From the NCBI GenBank assembly GCA_001724265.1, contig MEDY01000260.1:1-43711 (forward strand): a stretch of 43,711 nt of DNA, in the 5' to 3' direction. A model generated the notes under the pieces. That model made no database searches. It had not been told where the DNA came from and worked only from the letters and a program-made list of their open reading frames with translations. Of the stretch, positions 12,401 to 23,100 are shown piece after piece. A program made the translations under genes and the position numbers. Positions within the stretch are counted from its first letter, which is position 1. Every line of letters starts with the position of its first letter. The stretch comes from Rhizaria sp. SCN 62-66. Taxonomy: Eukaryota.

Positions 12401-13696
12401 AGAGCTCACAGGGACGGCTGCGTTGGCAGAGACAGAAACGGGAACTGGAACGGGGACTGTGACGGGGCCGAGTGCGGGCGCGAAAGGGCTCACACCGGCG
12501 GCTGCGAACGCAGCCACGGCCGCCGCAGCGCTCGCAGTCGCGTCATCACCGCTAGCGTTCGCGCCGCCAACGCGGCTGCTGCTGGCGCTGCTGCTGTCAG
12601 TGCTACTAAGGAGAGAGGACGTGTGTTGCAGCACGGTGGCGAGCACTGAGCCCACAGTCATGCTCACAGTCACTGGATTCATGTTAGCAGCGAGGGCAGC
12701 GCCCACAGTGCCGGCACCCGCATCACCCCCATCAGCAGCAGTGCCAGTGCCAGTGCCTTTGATAGCGTTGGTGCGAGAGCAAGTCTTCGTGTTAGTCTCG
12801 CCACTGCACGCGGGAGTCATGGCGGCGATGGCGGCAGCGACGACACCGGCCGCCGCATCGGCCTCGGCCGCCGCCTCCGCTTCGCTGAGACACGCGTCAT
12901 CCGCATCGCCCTCGATGTAATTACCCTGCGTGTCCGTGTAAGTGCCCGCGGCCCCGTCGGCGGAGAGCCTGCCGCCAGCCGCCCGGCGCGTCCGCCACAA
13001 CACCGCGATGGCGGGCGACGCAGACAACGCAGCCGCGGCAGCGGCAGCGGCAGCCGCAGCAGGCTCGCCGGCGCCGGACTCCACGCTCGCGACCGCGGCG
13101 TCCGCGACTGTGAGGGTATTGGCGAGCGTGACTGCGGGCGGGAAGGGGGCAGACTCAACCGCGGCGAGGAGCGTCAGCAGCGTCGCAGTGGGCAGCCGCG
13201 GCGGCAGCAGGGCCAGCAAGTGCGCCGCGGGCCGCAGCGCAAGTGTGGCGCCGCGCTGCTCCAACGCCAGACCAGCGAACGCGGCGCCAGAGTCGGACGC
13301 TGCGGCGGCGGTGCCGGCTGTGAGGACTGAAGGGACTGAGGGGCGCAGCGACGGCGGCAACAGCGGGGCGAGCGAGCCCGCGACGTCGGACAGCAGCAGC
13401 GCCGACACAGCAGCGCCGCCGCCGGCCGCGGCCGCGGCGCCGGGCACGGGCAGGTACGGCGCGGGCAGCGGCGCGGGGCGGCGCAGCGCGGCGGCGAGCG
13501 CGGGCGCGGTAGCGCGAGTACGCCAGTGGGCGCCGTAGGCCAGCAGCGCGGTCAGAGCGCGCGCCGCGGCCGGGGCGGGGTCCGCGCCGGCGGGCAGCGC
13601 GTGCAGCGCGCATGCCAGCTCCAGCAACGGCGTCTGTACCGCGGATACGAAGCCGGCAGTGAGCGGCGCGGCGGCGACGCTCGCAGGGGTTGCCAT
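9440..13696 (-). CDS. Hypothetical protein, 1418 aa, Ala/Ser/Asp-rich, single exon
   Basis: Long uninterrupted ORF; first ATG at 13696 (MATPASVAAAPL) at the AT-to-GC transition; TAA at 9440-9442. Higher-complexity islands are separated by low-complexity tracts. No family recognised. Confidence 0.8.
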   Translation of the reverse strand: MATPASVAAAPLTAGFVSAVQTPLLELACALHALPAGADPAPAAARALTALLAYGAHWRTRATAPALAAALRRPAPLPAPYLPVPGAAAAAGGGAAVSALLLSDVAGSLAPLLPPSLRPSVPSVLTAGTAAAASDSGAAFAGLALEQRGATLALRPAAHLLALLPPRLPTATLLTLLAAVESAPFPPAVTLANTLTVADAAVASVESGAGEPAAAAAAAAAAALSASPAIAVLWRTRRAAGGRLSADGAAGTYTDTQGNYIEGDADDACLSEAEAAAEADAAAGVVAAAIAAMTPACSGETNTKTCSRTNAIKGTGTGTAADGGDAGAGTVGAALAANMNPVTVSMTVGSVLATVLQHTSSLLSSTDSSSASSSRVGGANASGDDATASAAAAVAAFAAAGVSPFAPALGPVTVPVPVPVSVSANAAVPVSSSSSSSSSAANDTAVSSLAAALTSSYDKAGAVTASSDATVPVNATASGTASGTASGTEVDCESVLDLAMRLDLEHESDREQFSDREHLLSALQLGRAAALLSHRRCFAALASPERCAQPRSGTAAAAAALSQSLSAAAAAGVADYAFPSAFCALRGVEGGVAGGGRGQELVREGFTSPALARYFFASPETATATTADSANTKTQKHVDAAATDATSATASESASARASVDPAASAGDQSYLRSLLARLTVAPPSERLNQSSSINSNADDDTDSTESVSTAGDNNNSGDNAPAPDCEQHEYPAGDREPHEFPDAVDPLSIFDRPPSPLTALRQILAQSAPALGLSLSADGKLTSNPRSASGSTASADGGDKLVDVDLDAEVAEGWLGQLVAEMGGLGAVKTFYEINGAVSKPDSKSGKPTSQPEGDGTETEAKPEKSETETEAEAEAAEAEPVEDEAFWEELRHSSDREVAAGPLFQYLCEAAFPLSIDTDSANNNNSNNSNDSNTGGTKARSSLAAADSKQSIHSEPAAQTHASAKDLETSVKAAAASAAAAAVAAAAASATVDASAIQSALDEGCDGGLTLGPEGVRTVIKAALGATDAPEKPAAKSDSNASARAGGVSVVECVSASFFTTGDGAVSDAALFVAATTTIVDADAADDADADASGDEDDGFSDEDDYDEDEDEDDDWIMNTHVDSSANDFNAFRPAAAVPAASAAPAVSSAASAVTASMAPAAAKTTAAADTAAAATAADDDGLTSVSVTVGPVSVTVSGDARPGAASQALSAAAAHTAYEALIGRFKSNNSGSTSGVASSNAAAEFAAAAAATAATAATARAGATGVSSRAEACEFAEDEGPRERTIAPSAAAVAIAKAGEDNRRMLASSVPASSAAASNSSADSKTEAAAEDAGTSVGAGAGVGVGGIGIGCGPDDEETGPAATAHDSRECAAVGGVSTATTVTGSDSSSSGGRLLAPSAHVVAPVKGSLWDQME

Positions 13697-14062
13697 TAGA
13701 GAGTGAGGTTGCGGGGCTGTCGTAAGAAGGGATTTGTGGTTGGATATCCGAGTCTCTTTCAACGGTCCTACAAGTATAAAATAGTTAGTAGAATTAAATG
13801 TAAGTTAAAATTATGATGGCGAAACGGAATCGCTAACAACGGTTATCTAATCGAGATACTGATGTTTTAGTGAACGGTTGTTTCTCTCCCGTTCAAATTT
13901 GTCTCGACCTGCTCGGCGACCCAAACCGTCAAATCCAAATCGTGATCATCTTTCAATCTGCTCGATCTCGGTCATCCCATCGTCAAGTGGAGAATTTCGA
14001 TCATATTAGCTTACCCCACATTCTTTACACTGCTCTCTGTTTATTGCATTTGCACAGGACAC
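13697..14062. promoter_or_regulatory. Short divergent (likely bidirectional) promoter interval
   Basis: 366-bp AT-rich spacer between head-to-head ATGs at 13696 (-) and 14063 (+). Inferred from gene geometry only. Confidence 0.4.
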
Positions 14063-16396
14063 ATGTCTGACGCAGACGGCCCGCTGTCGCGCCGCTCCCG
14101 TCAGTCCTCTTCGCAGGCCGACGCCGAAGATACCGAGGACGCCCTGGTCACACTCCCGTCTCTCCCGACCGAAGAGCAACGCGCCGCGGCCGCCCGCGCC
14201 GCCGCTGCCGCCGCTGTCGCCACCACGGGCTCGTCCGCCGCCGTTTCCTCTGCCGCATCCCTCCGCGCCGCCACCGCCGCCTACCAGACCGCGATTGCAA
14301 GCAACGCCAGCAGCAACGGCAGCGCGGACGACGCCATCGGCGACGGCGCGAGTGCGAGCAGCAGCGACCCGCCGGTGTGCCCGTATCTGAGCACGGTGAA
14401 TCGCGAGCGGCTCGACTTCGACTTCGAGCCCATCTGCAGCGTCTCTCTGTCGCCGCTAAACGTGTACGCGTGCCTCGTGTGCGGCGTCTATTACCAGGGC
14501 AAGGGCAAGCACACGCCCGCGTTCGCGCACTCGGTCGAAGCCGAGCATCACGTGTTCCTGAGCCTCGCCACGCGCCGCATCTTCTGTCTGCCCGACGGCT
14601 ACGAGGTCGTCGACCCCTCGCTGGCGGACATCGCACGCACCCTCGCGCCCACGGTCCCCCCGCAGCTCGCGCTCGCGCTCGACGGCCGCGCCCGCTCCAC
14701 CGCGAGCGCCCGCAGCAGCGCCGCACAGCAGCAGCAGCATCGCGCGGGGCAGGGCCCGGTGTTCGAGGCGGGCGTGGTCGTCATCCCCGCCACTCTCGGC
14801 CCGCAGCAGGCGGCCGTGGCGGCGGCGGCGGCGGCGGGCGGACCCGCGGGCGTGCCGGCCGGGCCCGGGGTACTGGGCAGCGCCAGGGCCTTCGACGGCA
14901 GCTGGTATCTGCCCGGTATTGTCGGTACGTTCTCTCACTCGATCACTCGCGCCACTGTGCTATCTTTCTCCTAACTTAGATTGTTTGCTGTAAAACGCCA
15001 TTGCACAAACTAAACTCATTGATGTTATCTCACCTCGCGTTTCTTTGCTATACGTTATTGTCGTATTTGCTATTCTGTGATTTCCTTGCTTTGTGTCCAC
15101 GCGCAGGTCTGAGCGACCTGCAGCGCTGCGAGTGGTTCGCGGCCTCGGCGCAGCTGCTGCTGCGGGTCGCACCGCTGCGGAACTTCTTCTTCAACCCCGC
15201 CAACTACGAGCTCAGCCCATCGGCGCTCGTGCAGAGCTGGGGCGAGTTTACACGGAAGGTATGCATGCCGCTTAAAATGCACATATAACTTTCCATTGAA
15301 AGCATAAGCACACTCATCATGTCATGTTAGTCCCATATCTGTGTACTCTTGACAAAATAACATTAAACTTGACATTTTAAACTAAATTACAAATATCTTA
15401 CGAATTAATATGGTGTTTCGTAATGTTGTTTTATTTATTGCATATCCGCAGGTTTTTTGGCCGCACCTGTTCCGGCGCCACGTGTCGCCCCACCTGGTGC
15501 TCCAGGCGGTCTCGACGGCCTCCGCGCGCCGCTTCGGCCCCGCCGTGGCCGCGGACCCGTTCGCGTTCTTGCAGTGGTTCCTTAACGCGCTCCACAAGGA
15601 TCTTACCACGCCCGTCGCCGCGAAAGCGACCGCGACTGGCGCTGCCGCGGCTGCTGGGGGCTTGAAGCGACCCGCTGCTGGTGCTGCTGCTGGCACCGCT
15701 GCCGCTGCTGCAGGTGCTGCCGGTGCGGCAGGTGCTAGTGCTGCGTCTGCGGCGTCGATGGTCAGCCTGCTGTTGCGCGGCGAGGTGGCCGTGACTACCG
15801 TGGCCCCCGCCACCGCCTCCCAGCCCCAGACTGAGACCGTGGCGATGTCCGACAGCAGCGCTCGCGCTCACTCCCCGCCGACGACGTCCAAGGTGCCGTG
15901 CCTGTGCCTGTCGCTGCCGCTGCCGGAGCCGAGTCTGGACGAGCTGCAGGAGCACCGCGGCAGCGCGGCGCGGCTGGACCAGCGCGTGCGCGCGCACGTA
16001 GTGCCGCTCGCCAACCTCCTCGCGCGCTTCAACGGGCGCACTGAAATCGTACGTAGATATTCACGCATAAGAAGCCAAAATGAAATTATTCTCTGTAACA
16101 TGTATTGAAGATGTAGATATGTAGTTGCAAATACTAGGTTCACTCCTTTACCAGCTGTTTTGGTCAAAATATCTCACAATCGTCTCTTTTTCTGTTTTTT
16201 CACTCTCTTCGCAACAGACGCGCCCCGACGGCAGCGTGTACACCCAGCAGCTTTCCCGGCTGCCGCGCTACCTCGTCCTTCACTACCAGCGCTTCCGCAC
16301 CAACGAGTTCTTCAAGGAGAAGAACCCCACCTTGGTCTCGTTCCCGCTCACCCACTTAGACCTGGCCCCTTACATGAGCCCCGACGCCGCCGCGCG

Positions 16397-16427
<31 letters not shown>

Positions 16428-17054
16428 GCCGCCGCAGGCGCCTGTCCCGCCGCGTTGGCTGCGCTGTCGGTCTCGGAGCTGCGCGCGCGCATAGCGCACG
16501 CTAACGCCAAGGCCGCCGCGGTAGAAGCTCGCCACGGGCCCGCACGCCCCGTGTCGATGCTTACCGTCACCAAAGCCGCCGCCGCCGCCGCCGCTGCTTC
16601 TGCGTCTGCGTCGTCTGTTGCTGTGGCTGCGGCAGAGGGTGAGGAGGTGCTCGAATGCCCCGGGTACCGCCACGCGTCCCCGCTGAGCACCCATGCGTCC
16701 CCCACGGGTCCCGACGCCGCCACCGGTCTGCGCGGCGCGGTGGAGAAGAGCGACCTGGTGGCCGCGGCGGCCGCGGCGCACCGGCGCTGGGCGGGCGCGC
16801 TGCGGGCCGCCGCGGCAACGCGCTACCGCCTCGTTGCCAACGTAGTGCACGACGGCGCGGCGGGCAGCGGGCGCTTCCGCGCGCTGGTGCGGCACGAAGC
16901 CAGCGGCAAATGGGTCGAGACGCAGGGGCTGCGTGTCGAGGGCGGGGCCGACACCGAGAAGCTGGTGGCGCTGACGCAGGCGTACGTACAGCTGTACGAG
17001 CTCGAGGTCGAGGGCGAGGATGATGACCGCGCCGATGGGCAGGAGAGCGGGTGA
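14063..17054 (+). CDS. USP39: U4/U6.U5 tri-snRNP-associated protein 2 (USP39/Sad1), ZnF-UBP plus inactive USP domain; exons 14063-14924, 15107-15258, 15452-16048, 16218-17054 (815 aa)
   Basis: CPYLSTVNRERLDFDFEPICSVSLSPLNVYACLVCGVYYQGKG..TPAFAHS...HHVFLSL..FCLPDGYEV; YLPGIVGL; FWPHLFRRHVSPH; FLQWFLNALH; LPRYLVLHYQRFRTNEFFKEKNPTLVSFP; YRLVANVVHDG...GKW. Three GT-AG introns join the exons in frame (862+152+597+837=2448 nt). Confidence 0.95.
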
Positions 17055-17544
17055 AGTGTGCGACGTGTGAAATAATTTCTCATTAAGCGAAAGTTTCGAT
17101 ACCTATGAAACAGCCCTGGAGAGGCTGTTTTAGGGCCGTGCACTGTGAATACATTGACTAAATCAAGTGATAAACTTGTTTTCATAAACAAAATTATATC
17201 CGATATCCTTTGGTAACATTTTTAAACGTTCATATATCACTCCTATCTCTAGCAAACGAAGAATTGAGCTCGGCGCGAAATTTGTGGCTGCTCGGGCCGA
17301 GACCGAAACGATGCAGTGAGAACAATCTAGGCACAATGATGTTGAGATAACACATCATAATACGAAATACTCAATTTATAATACTGATTTCAATATGTAA
17401 TTTCTATGGAATGCAAATATTCACAGTCGCGTTAGCTTTGTTTTCAATGCAATATCAACTCAACCGTAATCTCTCTTTCGGCTCCCTGTCGACGTCTCCC
17501 TTTGATGTCCCACCTCTTTCCTTCGTGTCTCGCAGCGGCCTCTC

Positions 17545-19533
17545 ATGCGTCTTACGCCTCTGCTTGTGGCCCTCGCTGCGGTTTTGGCGCTTGCCTCTGC
17601 GGCTTGCTCCTTTACCAAGGACCAGTACTTCGTGGTAAACAACAAGACGCACCCCGTGCGCACCAGCCCTCTGCTCGACTATGTCTTCACGCCCGACGAC
17701 GCGTTCAGCTACTACGACACCGGCAAGGAGTACAAGGGCGTCGGCTGGACGGGTTACCTGCTCAACGTGACCTCGCAGCGTTGGATGGAGGACGTCTCGA
17801 CGCACCCTGTGTGGTGGCACAACGTGCTGGTGATCCGCCCGCACCATCTCAACAACGACACCAACATCGGCGCGCTCTACGTCACCGGCGACAACAACGA
17901 GGAGGGCCGCACGCCCAAGGAGCTCTCCGCGGACGTCATCGTTGCATCCACGCTTGCCGTCGAATCCAACTCCGTCGTCGCGATCCTCTACAACATCCCG
18001 AACCAGAAGATGGCCTTCAAGAAGCCCGACGGCACCTTCACGGACAACCTCAGCGAAGACGGGCTCGTCGCCTACACCTGGGCGCAGTACGTCAACGCCC
18101 CCGCGCGCGCCGAGCAGGTTGTCTACCTCCCTATGGTCAAGTCCGTGTTTGCCACCATGGACGCCGTCACCAACTACACCTCCAACGCTAAGTTCCAGCG
18201 CGACGGTACGTAAATACCACAGATAGACCGCTATTAATCTCTCTTGAGCACTCCAAACGTCTCTTATTATGTATTTTATTGTAATCATTGCGTGTATTTT
18301 AACTTTTTTTGGATCTAATGGCATTATCTCACCCTTTTGATATCACATGGATCTTGCTTCAACTCATGTTTTTAGGTCGCTTCCCGACTCCTCTGACCGA
18401 GTTCATCGTCTCCGGTGCCTCCAAGCGCGGCGCCACGACCTGGCTCACCGGCGTTGCTGACGCCGCGCTGCCCGCGGCGCAGCGCCGCGTTGTGGGCATC
18501 GTGCCCATCGTGTTCGACGTCGTCGACTTCGAGAACTCCGTCAGCCAGATGTTCAAGAACCTCAACGCCTGGTCGTTCGCCTTCAAGGACTACCGCAACC
18601 ACGGCGTCACCAAGCTCATCGCGCAGCCCGAGCGTCTGGAGCGCCTCACATGCGTTATTGACCCTATGAAGTACGAGTCCTTTGACCAGATTGCCCCCGC
18701 CCTCGTCATCTCCGCCACCGGCGACGAGTTCTTCCAGGTACGATATATATTCAATAACACGGCATAGTGGACTTTCGTTACATATATACTTATTTGTAGT
18801 TGTTATAATGAGGAAATATGCACATTTATTTTCAAAACAAGTGTTTCATATCGTCGATGCTAACTTATGCACTCTTGTAACTTTCTTCTTCTTTGTTTTT
18901 CTCTTGTAGCCCTCTGACGACTGGTCTTGGTGGCCGCGCTTCACTAGCAAGTCGTCCCTGCACGGCTCGCGCCACTACCGCCTGCACGTCGCCAACGCCG
19001 AGCACGCCATGGTGACCGGTCTGCTCACTCTGATCGACTCCGTGCGCGGCTTCGTCACCGCGCTGCAGAAGCCGGACCCGGCCGCCGCTCTGCCGGCCGT
19101 CGAGGTGTCGCTGGCCGAGGACGGCACCGTCACCATGACGGCGTCGGTCAAGCCCAGCGAGGTGCGCGTGTGGCACGCCGAGTCGCTGCCGTCGTCGCCG
19201 CTGGGCCGCCGCGACTTCCGCATGATCAAGGGCCACACCCCCGCGGGGCCGTGCATCCCTCCCGCGATCCTGCTCGAGGACATCTGCGTCAACCCTATCA
19301 TCTGGGCCTCGAAGAAGACCGACGCCGTGCAGCGCGCCGACGGCCGCTGGGAGGCGTCCACCGTCGCGGCTAAGCCCGCCGCCGAGGGCGTGTTCGCGGG
19401 CTACTTCCTCGAGATGAAGTTCGCCGCCAAGCCCAAGGACCTCGTCTTTACCTCGCAGGTCGGCATGCAGCCTATGGCCTACCCCTACGAGGGCTGCAAG
19501 ACTGAGGAGCAGTGCCTCGGCGAGCTTGTCTAA
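17545..19533 (+). CDS. Secreted PhoPQ-activated pathogenicity-related (PqaA) / AprA-like alpha/beta hydrolase; exons 17545-18205, 18376-18737, 18910-19533 (548 aa)
   Basis: Signal peptide MRLTPLLVALAAVLALASA; family motifs LLDYV..PD, LNVTSQRW, WWH, IPNQ, SEDGLVAYTW, LPMVKSV..TMD, FIVSGASKRGATTW, WSFAFKDY, IDP, ATGDEFF, NAEH (Ser-Asp-His triad candidates). Introns 18206-18375 and 18738-18909 splice in frame. Confidence 0.9.
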
Positions 19534-20152
19534 GCTCCGCACAGCTTTATGTGGACTGCGATCAGATATTGTATTACTCTTTGTGGGTGACTTAACATCG
19601 CGATCCCTTACGTCCTCTTTCTTCCTCCTGTTCATTTTTTGATTTGTGCATCTCATTATATCTTGTCAGTGGTAAAAATAATAAAGAATCCTGTATTTTT
19701 ATCCTCACTTTAAGCCAGTGTTTTTAAAGTTGAAATGTCATGTTGTATTGAATACAAAGTGTGCTAGGTACTACTGTAATGTTGAAGTTATAAAGTCCAA
19801 CTACAATAGACAAAGATAAACGTTTAAACGGATAGATTGAAACAAAAGAACTATTTTTAAGACACAGAAACATAAAAACTACGTAGCATAATCGTGTTTT
19901 TGAACACAGACATGAAAATAGCAAGCAAGTGTGAATGCCTCAACACTGATATGTTGAGGTCATGACTGAAGCAAGACTTCCAAGTTTGGTGTGATCACTG
20001 ACTGCAGATAAAAGTGTGATGATGAGTAAACGTGCGGAAGACGCAAGGAAACCCAGAGACAGCCATGCATAAAAAGTTGAAAGGAGAATAACCACTTAGA
20101 ACTGACAACGAAACAATATCAAACGCGACTGTAATGCAAACACAGAGGTTGC

Positions 20153-23100
20153 TTAGACCTGTGTTTGTCCCTCGTCCCCAAGCTTGCTCTCGTCACCCAG
20201 CTGACTGTGAGCAGTAGCAGCCGCAGAGGCCGCCGAAGCCATGGCCTCGGCGGACGTGGCCGGGGAGACGGCGGAATCGAACTGGTCGAGGTGGCTGATC
20301 TTGGCCATCAGTACGCCATCGATCGCAACCTGTCCCTCAACGCCATCCTCCTCATCATCGTCCTCGTCTTCGTCGTAGTCCTCGTCCTCGTCCTCATCCT
20401 CATCCTCCTCCTCAGCGGCGGCAGCGGCGGCGGCGGCGGCGGCGGCCTCCGCGGCGGCCGCGGCCTCCTCCTCCTCCTCCTCGAGAATCTCGTCGTACAG
20501 GTCCCTGAGCCGCGAGTACATCACCGCGGCGGTGGGCCGTAGCGACGGCTCCGGATGCCACCCCTGCACGATGAGCTCGGCCAGCACGGGGTGCGTGCCT
20601 GCGGGCAGCGGCGGCCGGTAGTGGCCGTAGGCGATCAGTTCGCGCACCACGTCCGTCGCGGGCCGGTGCGGGCGAGCGGCGGCCGCGGCGGCCTCGGCGG
20701 CCGCGGCCTCGGCGGTCGCCGCTTCGGCAGTCGCGGCTGCCGCGGCAGCGCGCGCGGCAACCGAGGCCACGGAGGCCGCAGAGGGCATCGGGAAGGCAGC
20801 GATGGTGCTGGGGGAGCGCACGAAGTGCGACCGCGACAGCGATTCGGCGCTCGTCTCACCGTTCCCAGTCGCAGTCGCAGTGGGGGCTGTGGCTACGGCT
20901 GTGGATGAAGCTGTGTCCGCGACAACGGGGGCGGCAGTGCCCTCGTCTTGAGTCGCCAGAACGTCGCCACTCGTCGCAGGAGTCGCAGCGTCGCGATCAG
21001 AAGCGTCGGGCGCGGGCGGGGCCGACGGGGGCGGCAGCGGACCCAGTCCACTCTGACCCTGTGAGTCAGCCGCACCCGCAGCCGAAGTGGGGCCGGCAGG
21101 CTTCTTGGCGCCGCCCGAAGCGCCGCCGGTGGAGACGGCCTCTGCGCGCATCGTGACGGGGTTGCGCAGCAGCATCACGGTCGCCTTGCTCTTGCCGTCG
21201 CCCCCCACACCGCTGCTGCCCGCATTATTGGCGTTGGCAGCGTGGGCGTTGCCGTTGGCGGTGCTGGAGCCAACGAGGACGCGGATCGGCGTGCCCGGAG
21301 ACCCGCCGGCGCCCCCCTTCTCAGCACCAGCACCAGCGCCAGCAGCGTGAGCGAAAGCGGCGGCGGCGTTGGCGTCGGCCTGCTTGCCGTACGACTGCTG
21401 GCGCGCGAATCCCGGTCCAAAGAGCCCGCCGTTGCTGGCCACCGCGGCGGCGCCGGAGTGCGGCGACGCGGGCGAACCGGTCGGGCTGGAGCTAAAGCTC
21501 AGGCTACTGCGCGCCGCCACGGCCGCCGCGGTCGCCGCCATCGACGCCGCGGCGGCGGCCTGGACGGCGGCCGCGGCAGAGGCGGTGGCGTTGGCCGCGG
21601 CGGCCACGGCGGCGGCGCCCTCGATCGTCTGCGCGTTGTACAGCTGCTGCTGTTGTTGCTGCGACAGCGAGGACGAGGGAACCTGCACCGAGCCGCGCAT
21701 CTGCTGCTGCATCTGCTGCTGGTACTGTTGCGGCGTAAAGGACGCGGACGCCAGTAGAGCACGGTTGTACTCCGCGCGCGCAGAAGTCGCAGCCGCACGA
21801 CCCGCCGCGGCAGACTGCTTGCCCACACTAGAACCAGCGCCAGCGCCAGCGCCAGAGAGAGAGATCGTGCCGGAGACGAGGACGGGCGAGTGGTTGCTCC
21901 CGGCGGCGCCCGGGGCCACAAGCGACCCGCGCACGGCCGCCGCGGCGGGCTTGGCGTTAAGCGCGGCACCAGTGGCAGAGTAGGACGCGGCGACGGGGGA
22001 GGCCTCGGGGAAAAAGGTTCTCTTGCCTTTGTTGTCGCCCGCAGCGGCGGCGGAAAACCGGCCGTTGGCGTTGCTGCTGCTGCTGCTGCTGTTGGCCGCG
22101 TCTGCGGCGGTGACGTAGGTCGGCGTCGTGATTATCGACATCGAGCCGCCGCCGTAGGACCGCGTGCTCCCGTGGCCGCCGTTGGTGCTGGCGCTGGACA
22201 CAGCGGCACCGGTGAGCCGGGGGTCGACGGTGAGGTCGCGGCGCCGACGCCGGCGCTGCTGTCCGCCAGCGTCCGCAGCCTCGTCGTTGGCAGTGGCGGC
22301 GGCGGCGGCAGAGGTGGCGGCCGCCTGCTGCTGCGAGCGGATCGTGGGCGCGCGCGTCATCACCGGCATCGTCAGCGTCCGCGCGCCGAGCCCTGCACCG
22401 GCACCGGCACCAGCTGCGGTGGCGCTGGCAGCGGCGTGGAGTGCGCTGGGGTCGCGCGAGAGCGCGAAGCCGCCAGCAGATACAGAAGCCGACGCCGAGG
22501 CTGAGGACGAGAGCTGAGGCTGCTGCGAGCCCTGCTGCGAGCCAAGCTGCTGCTGCTGCATCTGGCTGCGCTGCTGCTGCCGCGGGCTCGCCGGGTGCGC
22601 GAGATGAGCGGGATGCGCGGGCGTTTGACTGACGCCGACGCCGAGTGCCGTCTCTGAGCTCGACCGGCCGACGCCCATCGCGCCAGTGGCGCCCGCGGCG
22701 GCGACGGTCGCGGCCGCCGTGGCGGCAGTCGTCACAGTCGTGTCGCCCACAATGTTCGACGACGCCCAGTAGTGAGACTTGGCTTTATCACCGGTTGCGT
22801 TCGCAGCAGTGCTCGACAGAGCTGCAGCAGCGGCGGCCGACGGGGACGCGGGGTACGCAGCACCGCTGTTGTCGGGACTAAGGGGGTACTTAGACGGGAA
22901 CACGGACCCGCGCGGCGCGAGAATGGAGCCGCGTGGCAGCGCACTGTGCATCACACTGCTGCCACCGCCAGAGCCAGCGCCGCCGCCACTGACGCTGCTG
23001 GTGCCGGAAGTTAGGCCGCGCGAGCGCTGACCGGGGGAAAGCACCCCGGATTGCTGCGGCTGCTGCTGCGTGCGGGGGGGGAAGCCCGCGGCTGAGGACG

